Source of the DNA: Candidatus Saccharimonadota bacterium
GTDB taxonomy: Bacteria > Pseudomonadota > Alphaproteobacteria > Rickettsiales > Anaplasmataceae
DNA length: 32,000 bases
Direction: 5' to 3'
NCBI RefSeq assembly: GCF_013365495.1
Contig: NZ_CP046580.1
Location: 450,001-482,000 of the forward strand
Positions within the stretch are counted from its first letter, which is position 1, and each line of letters begins with the position of its first letter. This document shows positions 9,875-20,133 of this stretch, piece by piece. The notes beneath the pieces are model-generated. The model saw only the letters and a list, made by a program, of their open reading frames with translations, was not told where the DNA came from and searched no databases. The position numbers and the translations under genes were made by a program.

Positions 9875-10845
9875 TTGCTCCTTAAAATGTTCAATAAATT
9901 AATACTTGTGTATAATTAACACAACTCAAAGACTATACTTTACTTACTATTTAACTAATTCTTTACTCTCAATCTTTCTCTTTTTCTTTTATTTTAGACC
10001 TCACTGTTTTTTCTGAAATAATATTTTTATTTCCTAACTTTATTTGAATTTAGTTTTACTTGTAGTTTTTTTTTAAATAAATCAGTTTACATTTTCTAAA
10101 ATTTCTTACTTTTACTTAGTTCTAATCTCATGTTTTACTTGAGAAACTCATTGCTCTTTCATTATGTTTTCATAATTCTTTAAAGTCTCAATATAAACCA
10201 AAATTCTTTATTTTTCTACGTACGCTTTATCGTCAGTACTGAAAATAAAATCATCTTGTTTTTAGATTAAAAAAAACTCTTAACAAAAAAGCAAAATTTA
10301 TTAATTTTCATTTTAATTAAGAATGAAATTATATTCATTATATGAATATTAAGTAAGCGTAAAGTTTTTTATGTTAACAAATTTAGATTAAGATGTATTT
10401 ATTATAATATATCACTAAATTCATTTTTTTATTGCCTTTAATTAATACTGTTTAACTGTTTGATTTTTCTTCACATTGGCTATCTAAATAGCTAAATTTT
10501 CATCATAAAAGTGACAAAATTAATTTTAAAATTCTGTTTACTTTGTGCTTCAGCTTTTACCTTAGCAATCAATGTTCTATTTGATAAAGCTATATATTAT
10601 AGTTAATTAAAAATTTTGATTTCATAATCTGAGCATTAGTAAGTCTTTTCTTTTTAAAGACTCCGTAAAAGATTGAGCCTTCTATTATTAACTATATAAA
10701 GTCATTCTGTGTAGCCAGAAAAAACATCCCTTTTTCTATATTTTTTAACTGTAGTATTAAGTAACAAAATTTCCTAGTTTACACAAAACTCTCCATAAGA
10801 TTTTGTATCTAGAATATTATTTAGAATATATATTAACTATTAATA

Positions 10846-10866
10846 TTAAGTATGCAGCATACTTAA
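10846..10866. repeat. 21-bp palindrome (10-bp arms, 1-nt centre)
   Basis: TTAAGTATGC a GCATACTTAA, read directly. It lies in the cca-mrp spacer and is one of the more GC-containing patches there. Confidence 0.9.
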
Positions 10867-11226
10867 ATAAAGATCTTTTGGAAGATACATCACGTCAAAT
10901 TGTTGTCAAAAAAAAGCTAATTTATTTTTATGTCTCTGTTTTATCTTTTAAAGAGTGCTAAAATAATAGTAGAAATTGACTTTCATTATAATAGTGTTTA
11001 ATCTATACGTTATTTAATACTAAATATATTAAAAATAAAAGAAATTATTAAAAGAGAGTTAAAAAAAAAGGTCATAGAAAAAAAGATGTTGTGTAATACT
11101 CTCAATTTTTATTAAAGATAGGAATATCAACTTTAGATTTAAAGTTTTTAGTAACATCAAAGGAATGGAGAAGAGTAAAAAAAATTGTGAACATCTATAA
11201 AGCTATATCAGAGTGAAAAAGATGCC

Positions 11227-12024
11227 GTGATTACTTTTGATAAAGAACAAACTGTAAAACAGAAAATTAAGCTGCATATTGAAGGGGTAAAGAACATAAT
11301 TGTTATAGCTTCTGGTAAAGGAGGGGTAGGTAAGTCAACAGTTGCACTAACTCTTGCTCTTTCATTAGCAAAATTACAATACAAAGTTGCATTAGTTGAC
11401 GCAGATATATATGGTCCTTCAATTCCTAAAATGCTTGGTGCTGAAGGGTTGAAGCTAAAAATACAAAATGGTCAAGCAATACCTATAGAAAGGTATGGAT
11501 TAAGTACCATTTCAATTGGCTATTTTATTGATAAAAATCGTGCAGCAATATGGCGTGGCCCTATGGTTACAAAAATGCTTTACAATTTACTAATGAAAAC
11601 AAGATGGTTAGACATAGAATATTTAATAATTGATACCCCACCAGGAACTGGTGATGTACACCTAAGTTTGATAGAAAATTTTGACTTGACTGGAGCAATA
11701 ATAGTTTCAACTCCACAAGATCTTGCCTTAATTGATGCTCGCAAAATTTATGACATGTTTATGCAACTCAGTGTACCAATTATTGGCATTATAGAAAATA
11801 TGAGTTATTTTATTCAAGGGAATTCAAAAATATATATTTTTGGTAAGGATGGTGCGAAAAAAATATCCGAAGAATTGGGAATCAAATTCTTGGGTAAAAT
11901 TCCTTTAGATCCTCAAATATGTAGTGCTTTTGATTGTGGAAATCCTTTAATGCTGAATAAAAGTTTAATAAGCATTTATGAAAATGTTGCTAAAGATGTA
12001 CGGTTTTTTATATATAATTTGTAA
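11227..12024 (+). CDS. mrp: Mrp/ApbC-family iron-sulfur cluster carrier ATPase
   Basis: VIASGKGGVGKST deviant Walker A, VDADIYGPSIP and DTPPGTGD. GTG start. Only about 25 residues precede the P-loop strand, so the N-terminal extension seen in longer homologues is absent. Confidence 0.88.
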   Translation: MITFDKEQTVKQKIKLHIEGVKNIIVIASGKGGVGKSTVALTLALSLAKLQYKVALVDADIYGPSIPKMLGAEGLKLKIQNGQAIPIERYGLSTISIGYFIDKNRAAIWRGPMVTKMLYNLLMKTRWLDIEYLIIDTPPGTGDVHLSLIENFDLTGAIIVSTPQDLALIDARKIYDMFMQLSVPIIGIIENMSYFIQGNSKIYIFGKDGAKKISEELGIKFLGKIPLDPQICSAFDCGNPLMLNKSLISIYENVAKDVRFFIYNL

Positions 12025-12074
12025 GGCATTTTAAACTTGTTTAAAAAAGGTAGTATAACTTAAAAATTTAAGCA

Positions 12075-13229
12075 ATGAATTATGATGTAATCATTTCAGG
12101 TGGGGGGTTAGTTGGTCTTATTACTGCTATTGGCCTTCATAATAATTCTATATCTGTGGCTGTAATTGAAAAAAATAGTTTGCAACATGCAGTTGATGAT
12201 AGAGTATTTGCTATCTCTCAAGGCTCAAGAAAAATTTTAAAAAAGCTGGGAATTTGGCAATTTATAGAGAGCGAAGCAGAACCTATACTTGATATATGTG
12301 TACTGGATGGAAATAGTCCAGTTACTGTACATTATAATCATAAAATAGTTAGTGAAAAACCAATGGGTTATGTTGTCAATAAAAATGTTATATGGAATGC
12401 AATCAACGATAATTTTTTAAAAAAACTAAATATTTATTCTTCACTTTCTTATCAGGTAATTGCTTGTGACACAGGATGCGTAGAAGTTATTTTAAGTAAT
12501 AATCTAAAATTAATATCTTCATTACTTATCTGTGCTGAGGGTAAAAATTCTAAATTGCCAGAATTATTTTCTATGCCAATAATCAAATTTGATTATAAAC
12601 AAAGCAGTATAGTATTTAACATAAAACATGAGTTACATCATCAAAATTTAGCTGTAGAGAGATTTTTTCCTGGTGGTCCGTTTGCAATTTTACCAATGAA
12701 AGGTGGCTATACTTCTTCAATAATTTGGACTGAGAGATCTGAAATTTCTAAAATATTAATGAATCTAGTTGAAAAAGAGTTTATTTTAGAACTCAAAAAA
12801 AGGCTTGGTTCTTATTTAGGAGAAATTCAATTGGAGAGTAAAAGGAAATCTTATTCCTTAAGTTTCGCTTTTGCAAAAAGACTGTATAAAAGCAGAATTT
12901 TACTTATCGGTGATACAGCACATTCAATCCATCCTGTTGCAGGCCAAGGTCTTAATCTTGGAATTAGAGATGTAGAAAGTGTTATCAGGCAAATAGCTGC
13001 AGTGAAACCGTATGGTGTTGACTTTGGCAGTAGTTACTTGTTGAAAAAAATTTCATCTGATAGATACTATGATAATTTTACTATGGCACTTGCGACCGAT
13101 GGGATAAATAGAATATTTTCCAATAAAATATTTTGTGTTAAGGCATTGAGAAGTTTTGGCTTCAAGATAATTGAAAATTCAAGTTTCCTTAAAAAACGTT
13201 TTATTCGCTATGCTATGGGGTTTAGGTGA
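12075..13229 (+). CDS. UbiH/UbiF/Coq6-family FAD-dependent ubiquinone-biosynthesis hydroxylase
   Basis: N-terminal dinucleotide fold DVIISGGGLVGL and the family motif GDTAHSIHPVAGQGLNLGIRDV. Which ring hydroxylation it performs cannot be assigned from sequence. Confidence 0.85.
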   Translation: MNYDVIISGGGLVGLITAIGLHNNSISVAVIEKNSLQHAVDDRVFAISQGSRKILKKLGIWQFIESEAEPILDICVLDGNSPVTVHYNHKIVSEKPMGYVVNKNVIWNAINDNFLKKLNIYSSLSYQVIACDTGCVEVILSNNLKLISSLLICAEGKNSKLPELFSMPIIKFDYKQSSIVFNIKHELHHQNLAVERFFPGGPFAILPMKGGYTSSIIWTERSEISKILMNLVEKEFILELKKRLGSYLGEIQLESKRKSYSLSFAFAKRLYKSRILLIGDTAHSIHPVAGQGLNLGIRDVESVIRQIAAVKPYGVDFGSSYLLKKISSDRYYDNFTMALATDGINRIFSNKIFCVKALRSFGFKIIENSSFLKKRFIRYAMGFR

Positions 13230-13376
13230 GTTTATTAAAATCTTGATTGTATTTAGTGACTTATTTTTTTTCAGATGAAATAATTCTTCAAATGACTATT
13301 TTCATTCTAGTAGTGATAAACTATGTACTATTCAGGAAAATTGATTATAATAAAGCTCATAGCTCAGAATCATTAA

Positions 13377-14573
13377 GTGGCAATACAGAATATTATCTCT
13401 TTTATCATGATATTATCTATAGCAATTGCTGATATGGCAACTGATCTATACTCAGTAGCATTGCCAAGTATTGCTAATTATTTTAAGGTAGAAGGTAGTG
13501 TAGTGCAGCTTACAATCAGCTTAAATTTAGTTGGATTTGCAATATCTGGATTAATTTATGGTCCTTTATCTGATCACTATGGTAGGCGTCCTATTATGCT
13601 GATCGGTATGGCAGTTTTTACTTTGGCCAGTGTTATGTGTTGCATAGTTAATAATATTATACTTTTAATATTAATGCGTCTTATACAAGGAATAGGAGCT
13701 GGCGTTGCAGGTGTTGTGGGATATGCAGCAATAGGAGACATGTATTCAGGTAATGAATATTCAAGAGTGATTTCACAGTTAAATATGGTAGTAGCACTTT
13801 CACCTGGAATAGCTCCAGTTGTAGGTAGTTATATAATTTCACACGGCTATAACTGGAAATTTTTATTTTTTATCATATCACTAGCAGCAATTATCATATT
13901 CATTTTTATTTATTTTAAGTTACAAGAAACTCTTACTGTAAATAAGAATAAAACTAGAGGGGCTAATTTAATTGTTGATATTTTCAAGCAGTATATATCG
14001 ATGTTTAAAAATTATCGTTTTCTTGGATTTTCAACTATTCATGGACTAACATTTATGTGGCTTTGGGCATATGTTGCTAATTATCCTTTTATATTTGAGT
14101 CTATGGGTATTGAAGTACAGTATTTTGGCTATTTCATATCAATAATAGTTATATTTTTCATAATTGGAACTTTCATTAATAGAAAGTGTGTATCAAAAAT
14201 AGGTATTAGTCGAATGTTAATAATAGGTTTAGTATTACCAATAATACCTGAAAGTTTACTGGCATATTTTTATTCTATAAATAAGTTGAGTATGTTTGTA
14301 CTTCAAACTATTTGGATTCCAAGTAATATGGGTCTTGCACTTGTAATAAGCAATAATGTAACCTTTGCATTAGAAACAATTAAAGGTATAGGACTTGGTA
14401 GTGGAGTTCTTTCGTTCTGTAATATGATGTTTGGAGCTATTGGAATATATATAATAGGAAAATTTTTTTCTTACGGTGTTTTATCAAACGCGTTATTAAC
14501 AGTTATATGTTCTACAACTGCGGTTTGTATATATTACTTGCTCGAACATACTAGAAAGTATTCTAAAGCCTAA
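13377..14573 (+). CDS. MFS transporter, Bcr/CflA drug-resistance subfamily-like
   Basis: About 12 predicted hydrophobic segments. The MFS loop motif GPLSDHYGRRPIM follows TM2, and the N-terminal DMATDLYSVALPSIANYF resembles the Bcr/CflA family start. GTG start. Substrate unknown. Confidence 0.8.
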   Translation: MAIQNIISFIMILSIAIADMATDLYSVALPSIANYFKVEGSVVQLTISLNLVGFAISGLIYGPLSDHYGRRPIMLIGMAVFTLASVMCCIVNNIILLILMRLIQGIGAGVAGVVGYAAIGDMYSGNEYSRVISQLNMVVALSPGIAPVVGSYIISHGYNWKFLFFIISLAAIIIFIFIYFKLQETLTVNKNKTRGANLIVDIFKQYISMFKNYRFLGFSTIHGLTFMWLWAYVANYPFIFESMGIEVQYFGYFISIIVIFFIIGTFINRKCVSKIGISRMLIIGLVLPIIPESLLAYFYSINKLSMFVLQTIWIPSNMGLALVISNNVTFALETIKGIGLGSGVLSFCNMMFGAIGIYIIGKFFSYGVLSNALLTVICSTTAVCIYYLLEHTRKYSKA

Positions 14574-14773
14574 TGGTAAAAATTGATCTAAATTTTAACT
14601 AAGTTAAAAAATTAGCTATTCAGTTTAAAAATTTATTAATACAAAAATATTAAAATAAAAGTTATATATTGAATAACTGGCATTCTAGAATTCAAAAACT
14701 TAATTTTAGTCAAAAAAAGGAAAAGTTATATTTTAATTCCGATGTTTAGATAAAAGAAATTCTAATGTTTTAG

Positions 14774-14809
14774 TATCAAGATAAGAATTATTATTTTATT
14801 ATCTTGATA
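14774..14809. repeat. inverted repeat, 11-bp perfect arms with a 14-nt loop
   Basis: TATCAAGATAA (14774-14784) and TTATCTTGATA (14799-14809), read directly. It lies about 200 nt downstream of the MFS stop. No T-run follows, so it is not a canonical terminator. Confidence 0.9.
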
Positions 14810-15423
14810 TTCGAATAAATGATATTTATCATTATAGTAATTTGAGGAAATTTTAATAATTTTCTGAATTTAACTGGATGCTGGTACAGTACTTTTTTAT
14901 TCTTATATTTTTAATAGATAAATTAATAGCAAGCATATTGTATAATATTAAAGCGTAAGCCATTTTATAATTTTGATACTTTATATAAATCTGTACAATG
15001 ATTAAGTAGTATATTTGATAAGAAAATATATACTTAATTATAAAGCTTGAGAATTATTAAGATAATTTATATAATAAATTACTATATAATTATCTACTTT
15101 AGCAAAAAATTACTGATAGAAAATATATAATAACAAGAATTATAAAAAAAAATTTAAAAAACTAAATAAAGAAAATTCAGTCTTGTAAAATACTTGAAAA
15201 GGTAATTTACTCAAGTTATTTCTATTAATTTACTATTCTGAAGTTTTTTTGAGGTGTAAGAATTTTTCACTTAAGGTATTTGTCAATATTAAAATAAGTT
15301 TCTATCGTTTAATTTGTGTTAATTAAAAAATAAATATTTAGCTTTGGAAATAAAGGAATAGAAAGTATTTTTTTTAAATTAATTGCTAATAACTTATATG
15401 ACTATGACAGATCTATTTACTCC

Positions 15424-15451
15424 TTGCATTCATAGTGTGCTACATTAATAT
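15424..15451 (+). promoter_or_regulatory. candidate purA promoter (TTGCAT-N16-TAATAT)
   Basis: TTGCAT at 15424-15429 and TAATAT at 15446-15451. The ORF-track ATG at 15454 is only 3 nt after the -10 element, which argues for ATG 15478 as the real start. Confidence 0.35.
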
Positions 15452-15477
15452 TTATGTGTAAGTTCGTGAAGATATTG

Positions 15478-16785
15478 ATGAATAATATTATAATTATTGG
15501 TTTACAATGGGGTGATGAAGGTAAAGGCAAAATAGTAGATTATCTTTCTGAAAATGCAGGTGTAGTTGTGAGATTTCAAGGAGGAAATAATGCAGGGCAT
15601 ACTATAGTAGCAAATGGCGAGGTTTATAAGTTAAATTTGTTGCCTTCCGCTATCTTAAGGACAAGCAAGATATCTATTATAGGAAATGGTGTTGCTCTTG
15701 ATTCACATGCTTTAATCTCAGAAATAGAGTTATTAAAAACTAGAGGTATAGATGTTAACCCTAAAAATTTAATGGTATCTGAAAGTTGCCCATTAATACT
15801 CAGCTTACACAAAGATAAAGAAAAATTATTTGAAGATTTAAATGGAAATTACAAAATCGGTACAACAAATAAAGGAATAGGACCATGTTATGAAGACAAA
15901 ATTGGAAGAAGAGCTATACGTCTTTGTGACTTGGAAAGTACGGATGAGCTTAATAGAAAGGTTGATATTCTTCTAAGTTATCATAATGCTATCAGACAAG
16001 GTCTCAGTTGTCAGGTAATAAAAAAAGAGGAAGTATTAAAGGAAATTAAAGAAATCTCAAGAAAAATTCTTCCGTATAAGAAATCAGTATGGAGAATACT
16101 AAATGATCTTACAAAAGAAGGTAAAGAAATAATATTTGAAGGTGCTCAAGGGACATTTTTAGATATTGATCATGGAACATATCCTTTTGTTACTTCAAGT
16201 AATACCGTGGCATCACAAGCAATAATAGGCTCAGGTTTTTTTTTCAACGCCAATATTATTGGTGTGGCAAAAGCTTATACTACAAGGGTAGGTAATGGTC
16301 CGTTTCCTACTGAACAAAAAAATAAGGTTGGAGATAGCTTATTTTCTATAGGTAAGGAGATTGGAACTGTAAGTAATAGAAAAAGACGCTGTGGTTGGTT
16401 TGATGCAGTTTTAGTACGTCAAGCAGTACAACTTTCTGGAGTTTCATGTGTTGTATTAACTAAATTAGATATTCTTGATTCTTTTGACAGAATTAAAATA
16501 TGTACTGGTTATAAGTACAATAGAAAAATATATGATTATTTACCTGCATCGTATTCAATACAAGGGAGATTAGAGCCAATATATGAAGAATTTCCTGGCT
16601 GGAAGGAAAGTACTCAAGGTAAAAGATTAATTAAAGAATTACCCAAAAATTTAATAAGATATATAAGAAGGGTGGAAGAATTAATAGGCGTGCCAATCTA
16701 TCTAATTTCAACTAGCCCAAAAAGAGAGGATGTTATTAAGCTTAGGGATTTTAAACTTTCTAAAAATGCCTTATATTTTAATTGA
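15478..16785 (+). CDS. purA: adenylosuccinate synthetase
   Basis: GLQWGDEGKGKIVD, GGNNAGHT, TTNKGIGPCYEDK and the GTVSNRKRRCGWFD motifs. Start taken at MNNIIIIGLQWGDEGKG, the typical PurA N-terminus. Confidence 0.96.
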   Translation: MNNIIIIGLQWGDEGKGKIVDYLSENAGVVVRFQGGNNAGHTIVANGEVYKLNLLPSAILRTSKISIIGNGVALDSHALISEIELLKTRGIDVNPKNLMVSESCPLILSLHKDKEKLFEDLNGNYKIGTTNKGIGPCYEDKIGRRAIRLCDLESTDELNRKVDILLSYHNAIRQGLSCQVIKKEEVLKEIKEISRKILPYKKSVWRILNDLTKEGKEIIFEGAQGTFLDIDHGTYPFVTSSNTVASQAIIGSGFFFNANIIGVAKAYTTRVGNGPFPTEQKNKVGDSLFSIGKEIGTVSNRKRRCGWFDAVLVRQAVQLSGVSCVVLTKLDILDSFDRIKICTGYKYNRKIYDYLPASYSIQGRLEPIYEEFPGWKESTQGKRLIKELPKNLIRYIRRVEELIGVPIYLISTSPKREDVIKLRDFKLSKNALYFN

Positions 16786-17761
16786 TTATTTTTAATAAAA
16801 TAAAGTTTTATATTACATATTTATGAGATGATTGATTTATATATGATAAAAGAGTAAAAAAATTAGTTTAAGTTTGAAGCTTGTAGTGTTTTTTAATTTT
16901 ATTAAATTTATATCAAGATTAATTGAAAGAAAAAGTTATAAACTTTAGAAAAGATATATTATTAAAATAATAAAACTTAATTTGTCAAAGATATTTTAAA
17001 ACAAGTAGTTTTACTAATAGTATAAGTATATGTTATAAATAGTAAAAGTGAAATAGTTATCACTATGATGAAAATTTTAAAGTAGTGATGATATCTATTT
17101 ATATAGAAGGAAAAGTTATTATTGAAGCAAATAAGGTCTAATTTTGAAACTTATTCTTTTGTATAAGAGTTATAAAGAAATTTTTAGTAATAGGATTTTA
17201 ATGTAGAAAGGTATATATTTTTACTTAATCAAAAGTGAAGAATATTACCCACTGCACTTTCATTATTAGTAAACTTATTAATTTCAAAAGAATTGATTTA
17301 TAGCATATAACAAATTGAGTAAAGAATTAAAAAGTTATAAAATAGAAAAATATATCAAAGTAGATATAAAATGGTTTTAACAATAAGAAAAAAATTGAAG
17401 AAAAAATCGTACTCAAAAAGATAATGTGATATAATTAATATATTTTTTATAAGAAATAAAAGAAATTTTGTTCAGTAGGCATTTTTTAAATCTAATATTT
17501 GATATATAATGAATAGAGTCTTTGATGAAAGTAAAAGGAAGTGAGTAAAAATTCGTGCATGCAAAATACAATGGATGCTATATAATAGTACAATAAAGGT
17601 CGAGAAAATTATCGTTTGAGCATCAACAAATAGACTTTAATTGAAGAGTCAATAAATATGTTTCTTAATTTTCCTGTTTCTGCAAAAAAATATATAAATT
17701 ATTGTATATATTATGGTTCTAGTAATAAAGAAATAAAAAATTTATATGTAGTGGTAAGAGC

Positions 17762-18481
17762 TTATGTTAAGTTTTCCATTTTATATTGAGGGTCAGATGC
17801 GACCCCATATACTCTATTTGGTGGGTTAATTTTATTTTCTATGCCAAAAATAATAGATCTGATTATAGCTGTAAGTACTTTTTCGAGATTACAATCTGCC
17901 CCGGGAATTCGGTGTTCTAATCGACATTGATTATTATAAGTTAAAACTCTAATTGCAGTAGTTCTATTGTTTACACCCCAGCTGACTGTAGTTGGAGTAT
18001 GGATATCTGGATATTGAAATCTAAGATATGAGTTTTCACTAGGAGCAAAAAATATCATGTCTTTTTTCATCATAGCACATAACCCACCAATGCTATGAAT
18101 TAAGAAGTCGCTGAACTTCTGTTCACTACAATAAAATAGGTTGCTATTATGTAGATTAATTAAATTAACATGTACGTTTAATGCACTACCTGCTCTATCT
18201 AAATATGGTTTTGCTTTAAAGGAAACATTACCACCAAGTTTTTGTGCTGTTTCAATAATTAACTCTTTTACTAATTCAAAATGCTTAATTAAGTCATTAA
18301 AGTCTATATAACAACCGCTTTTGATTTCATATTGATATATAGAATACTCTTTCTCACAGAAAAATCCAAGTAAAGCTATTTTATCTTTAATATTATTAAG
18401 AAATAAGTACTCTTGTTCTATTCCTTCAATATAAAATTCCAATTCAATACCAAACTTAATATAATAATTAAAATTACTCAA
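17762..18481 (-). CDS. glutamine synthetase catalytic-domain-like ORF (GlnA family), short form; possibly a pseudogene fragment
   Basis: GS motifs appear in the correct order: GIELEFY (metal-binding Glu pair), QYEI, KPYLDRAGSALNVHVNL (compare GSGMHxHxSL), NSYLRF, WGVNNRTTAIRV and RLEHRIPGAD. At 239 aa it lacks the N-terminal beta-grasp domain and the C-terminal roughly 70 aa. It has only a TTG start, with an in-frame stop 6 codons upstream. See the corresponding finding. Confidence 0.5.
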   Translation of the reverse strand: MSNFNYYIKFGIELEFYIEGIEQEYLFLNNIKDKIALLGFFCEKEYSIYQYEIKSGCYIDFNDLIKHFELVKELIIETAQKLGGNVSFKAKPYLDRAGSALNVHVNLINLHNSNLFYCSEQKFSDFLIHSIGGLCAMMKKDMIFFAPSENSYLRFQYPDIHTPTTVSWGVNNRTTAIRVLTYNNQCRLEHRIPGADCNLEKVLTAIIRSIIFGIENKINPPNRVYGVASDPQYKMENLT

Positions 18482-18780
18482 TATGTTTACAAATTTACTT
18501 TAGTAAGTTTATATTAAGTTGATTACATCCATAGTCAATTTATTTTTTAGTACATTACAAATCCTTGAAATCAAAAAAGGTTTATTTTTAAGAAAAAATG
18601 ATCAGTTTTAGTGTTTTTATACCCTTTACAACTCATTAAAAATCACCATAATTTTTAATGTGTGTTGAATAGTATTTAGCTTTTTGCTTTGCAGCAGGCA
18701 ATTGATTAGCTTTGATGTTTTTCTAATTATTACTTTTTCTTGGTGTAGTATATGAGTTTGATTAACTCTAAGGTTTCTCT

Positions 18781-20133
18781 ATGTTTTTTGATCAGATTAT
18801 TACAGTAACGAATTACAATATTGCTTGGGAAAAAATCCAAAATTGTCTTTATAATCTTTATGGGGAAGCAACATATAATAGTTGGTTAAGCTCACTTAAA
18901 TTTGTTAGTAGTAGTAATGAAGAAGTTTTATTATCTGTACCAACAAGATTTATAAAGGAATGGGTTACAGTTCATTATATGGAAAAAATATTATCATTAT
19001 GGCAAAGTGAATATAAAAATATACGTTCTATTGATATTCAAGTGGTCGGTGGAAACGATTTAAACTCCAATAATGTAGTAAGAAATAGGGAAGAAAGTGC
19101 TCATAGTCTTGGTTCGCCGCTAGATCCAAGACTTACTTTTAATAATTTTGTAGTAGGAAAACCGAACGAATTAGCATTTACAGCTGCAAAACGTGTAGCA
19201 GATTCTATAGATCCAATATCAGGGAGTAATCCTCTTTTTTTATATGGTGGAGTGGGGCTTGGTAAAACACACTTAATGCATGCTATAGCTTGGTACATCA
19301 TTAATTCTCTTCCAATGAAAAGAAAAGTAGTATATTTATCAGCAGAAAAATTCATGTACCAATATATTACAGCGTTACGAAGCAAAGATATTATGTTATT
19401 TAAGGAACAATTTAGATCAGTAGATGTGTTGATGGTAGATGATGTACAATTTATTAGTGGTAAGGATAGTACACAGGAAGAATTTTTTCATACTTTTAAT
19501 GCGCTAATAGATCAAAATAAGCAGTTGGTTATCTCTGCTGATAGATCTCCTAGCGATCTTGATGGAGTAGAGGAAAGGATAAAGTCTAGGCTTGGTTGGG
19601 GATTGGTAGTGGATATTAATGAAACAACTTTTGAGTTAAGACTTGGTATATTGCAGGCCAAAATGGAACAAATGAACATGTATGTTCCTGATGATGTCCT
19701 AAAATTTTTAGCAAGAAATATAAAGTCTAATATAAGAGAATTGGAGGGGGCCTTAAATAAGGTTGCTCATACTTTATTGATTGGAAGAAGTATGACAGTA
19801 GAGTCAGCTAGTGAAACCCTAGCAGATCTTCTCAGATCAAACCATAAGCCAATTACAATAGCAGAAATACAAAAAAAAATAGCCGAGTTCTTTAATATAA
19901 AAGTTGCAGATATGCATTCTAATAGAAGACTACGTGGTTTTGTCAGGCCAAGACAAGTAGCTATGTATTTTGCTAAAAAGTTTACGCAAAAAAGTCTTCT
20001 AGATATTGGAAGAAGCTTTGGTGGCAGAGATCATACTACTGTTATACATGCAGTAAAACAGATAGAAAATTTTATAAAAACTGACTCAAGTTTTGCGGAT
20101 GAAATCAATCAGTTAAAAAAAATGTTTAAGTAA
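18781..20133 (+). CDS. dnaA: chromosomal replication initiator protein DnaA
   Basis: AAA+ Walker [15 protein letters not shown], Walker B LMVDDVQF, sensor region [11 protein letters not shown], and a C-terminal DNA-binding domain ([14 protein letters not shown]...[11 protein letters not shown]). Confidence 0.96.
   Translation: MFFDQIITVTNYNIAWEKIQNCLYNLYGEATYNSWLSSLKFVSSSNEEVLLSVPTRFIKEWVTVHYMEKILSLWQSEYKNIRSIDIQVVGGNDLNSNNVVRNREESAHSLGSPLDPRLTFNNFVVGKPNELAFTAAKRVADSIDPISGSNPLFLYGGVGLGKTHLMHAIAWYIINSLPMKRKVVYLSAEKFMYQYITALRSKDIMLFKEQFRSVDVLMVDDVQFISGKDSTQEEFFHTFNALIDQNKQLVISADRSPSDLDGVEERIKSRLGWGLVVDINETTFELRLGILQAKMEQMNMYVPDDVLKFLARNIKSNIRELEGALNKVAHTLLIGRSMTVESASETLADLLRSNHKPITIAEIQKKIAEFFNIKVADMHSNRRLRGFVRPRQVAMYFAKKFTQKSLLDIGRSFGGRDHTTVIHAVKQIENFIKTDSSFADEINQLKKMFK

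Noticed and set aside
13247-13432. 61-aa ORF bridging the ubiH-family/MFS gap
   Set aside because: It overlaps the MFS start in another frame. The sequence is composition-driven, with no motifs and no plausible translation signals.
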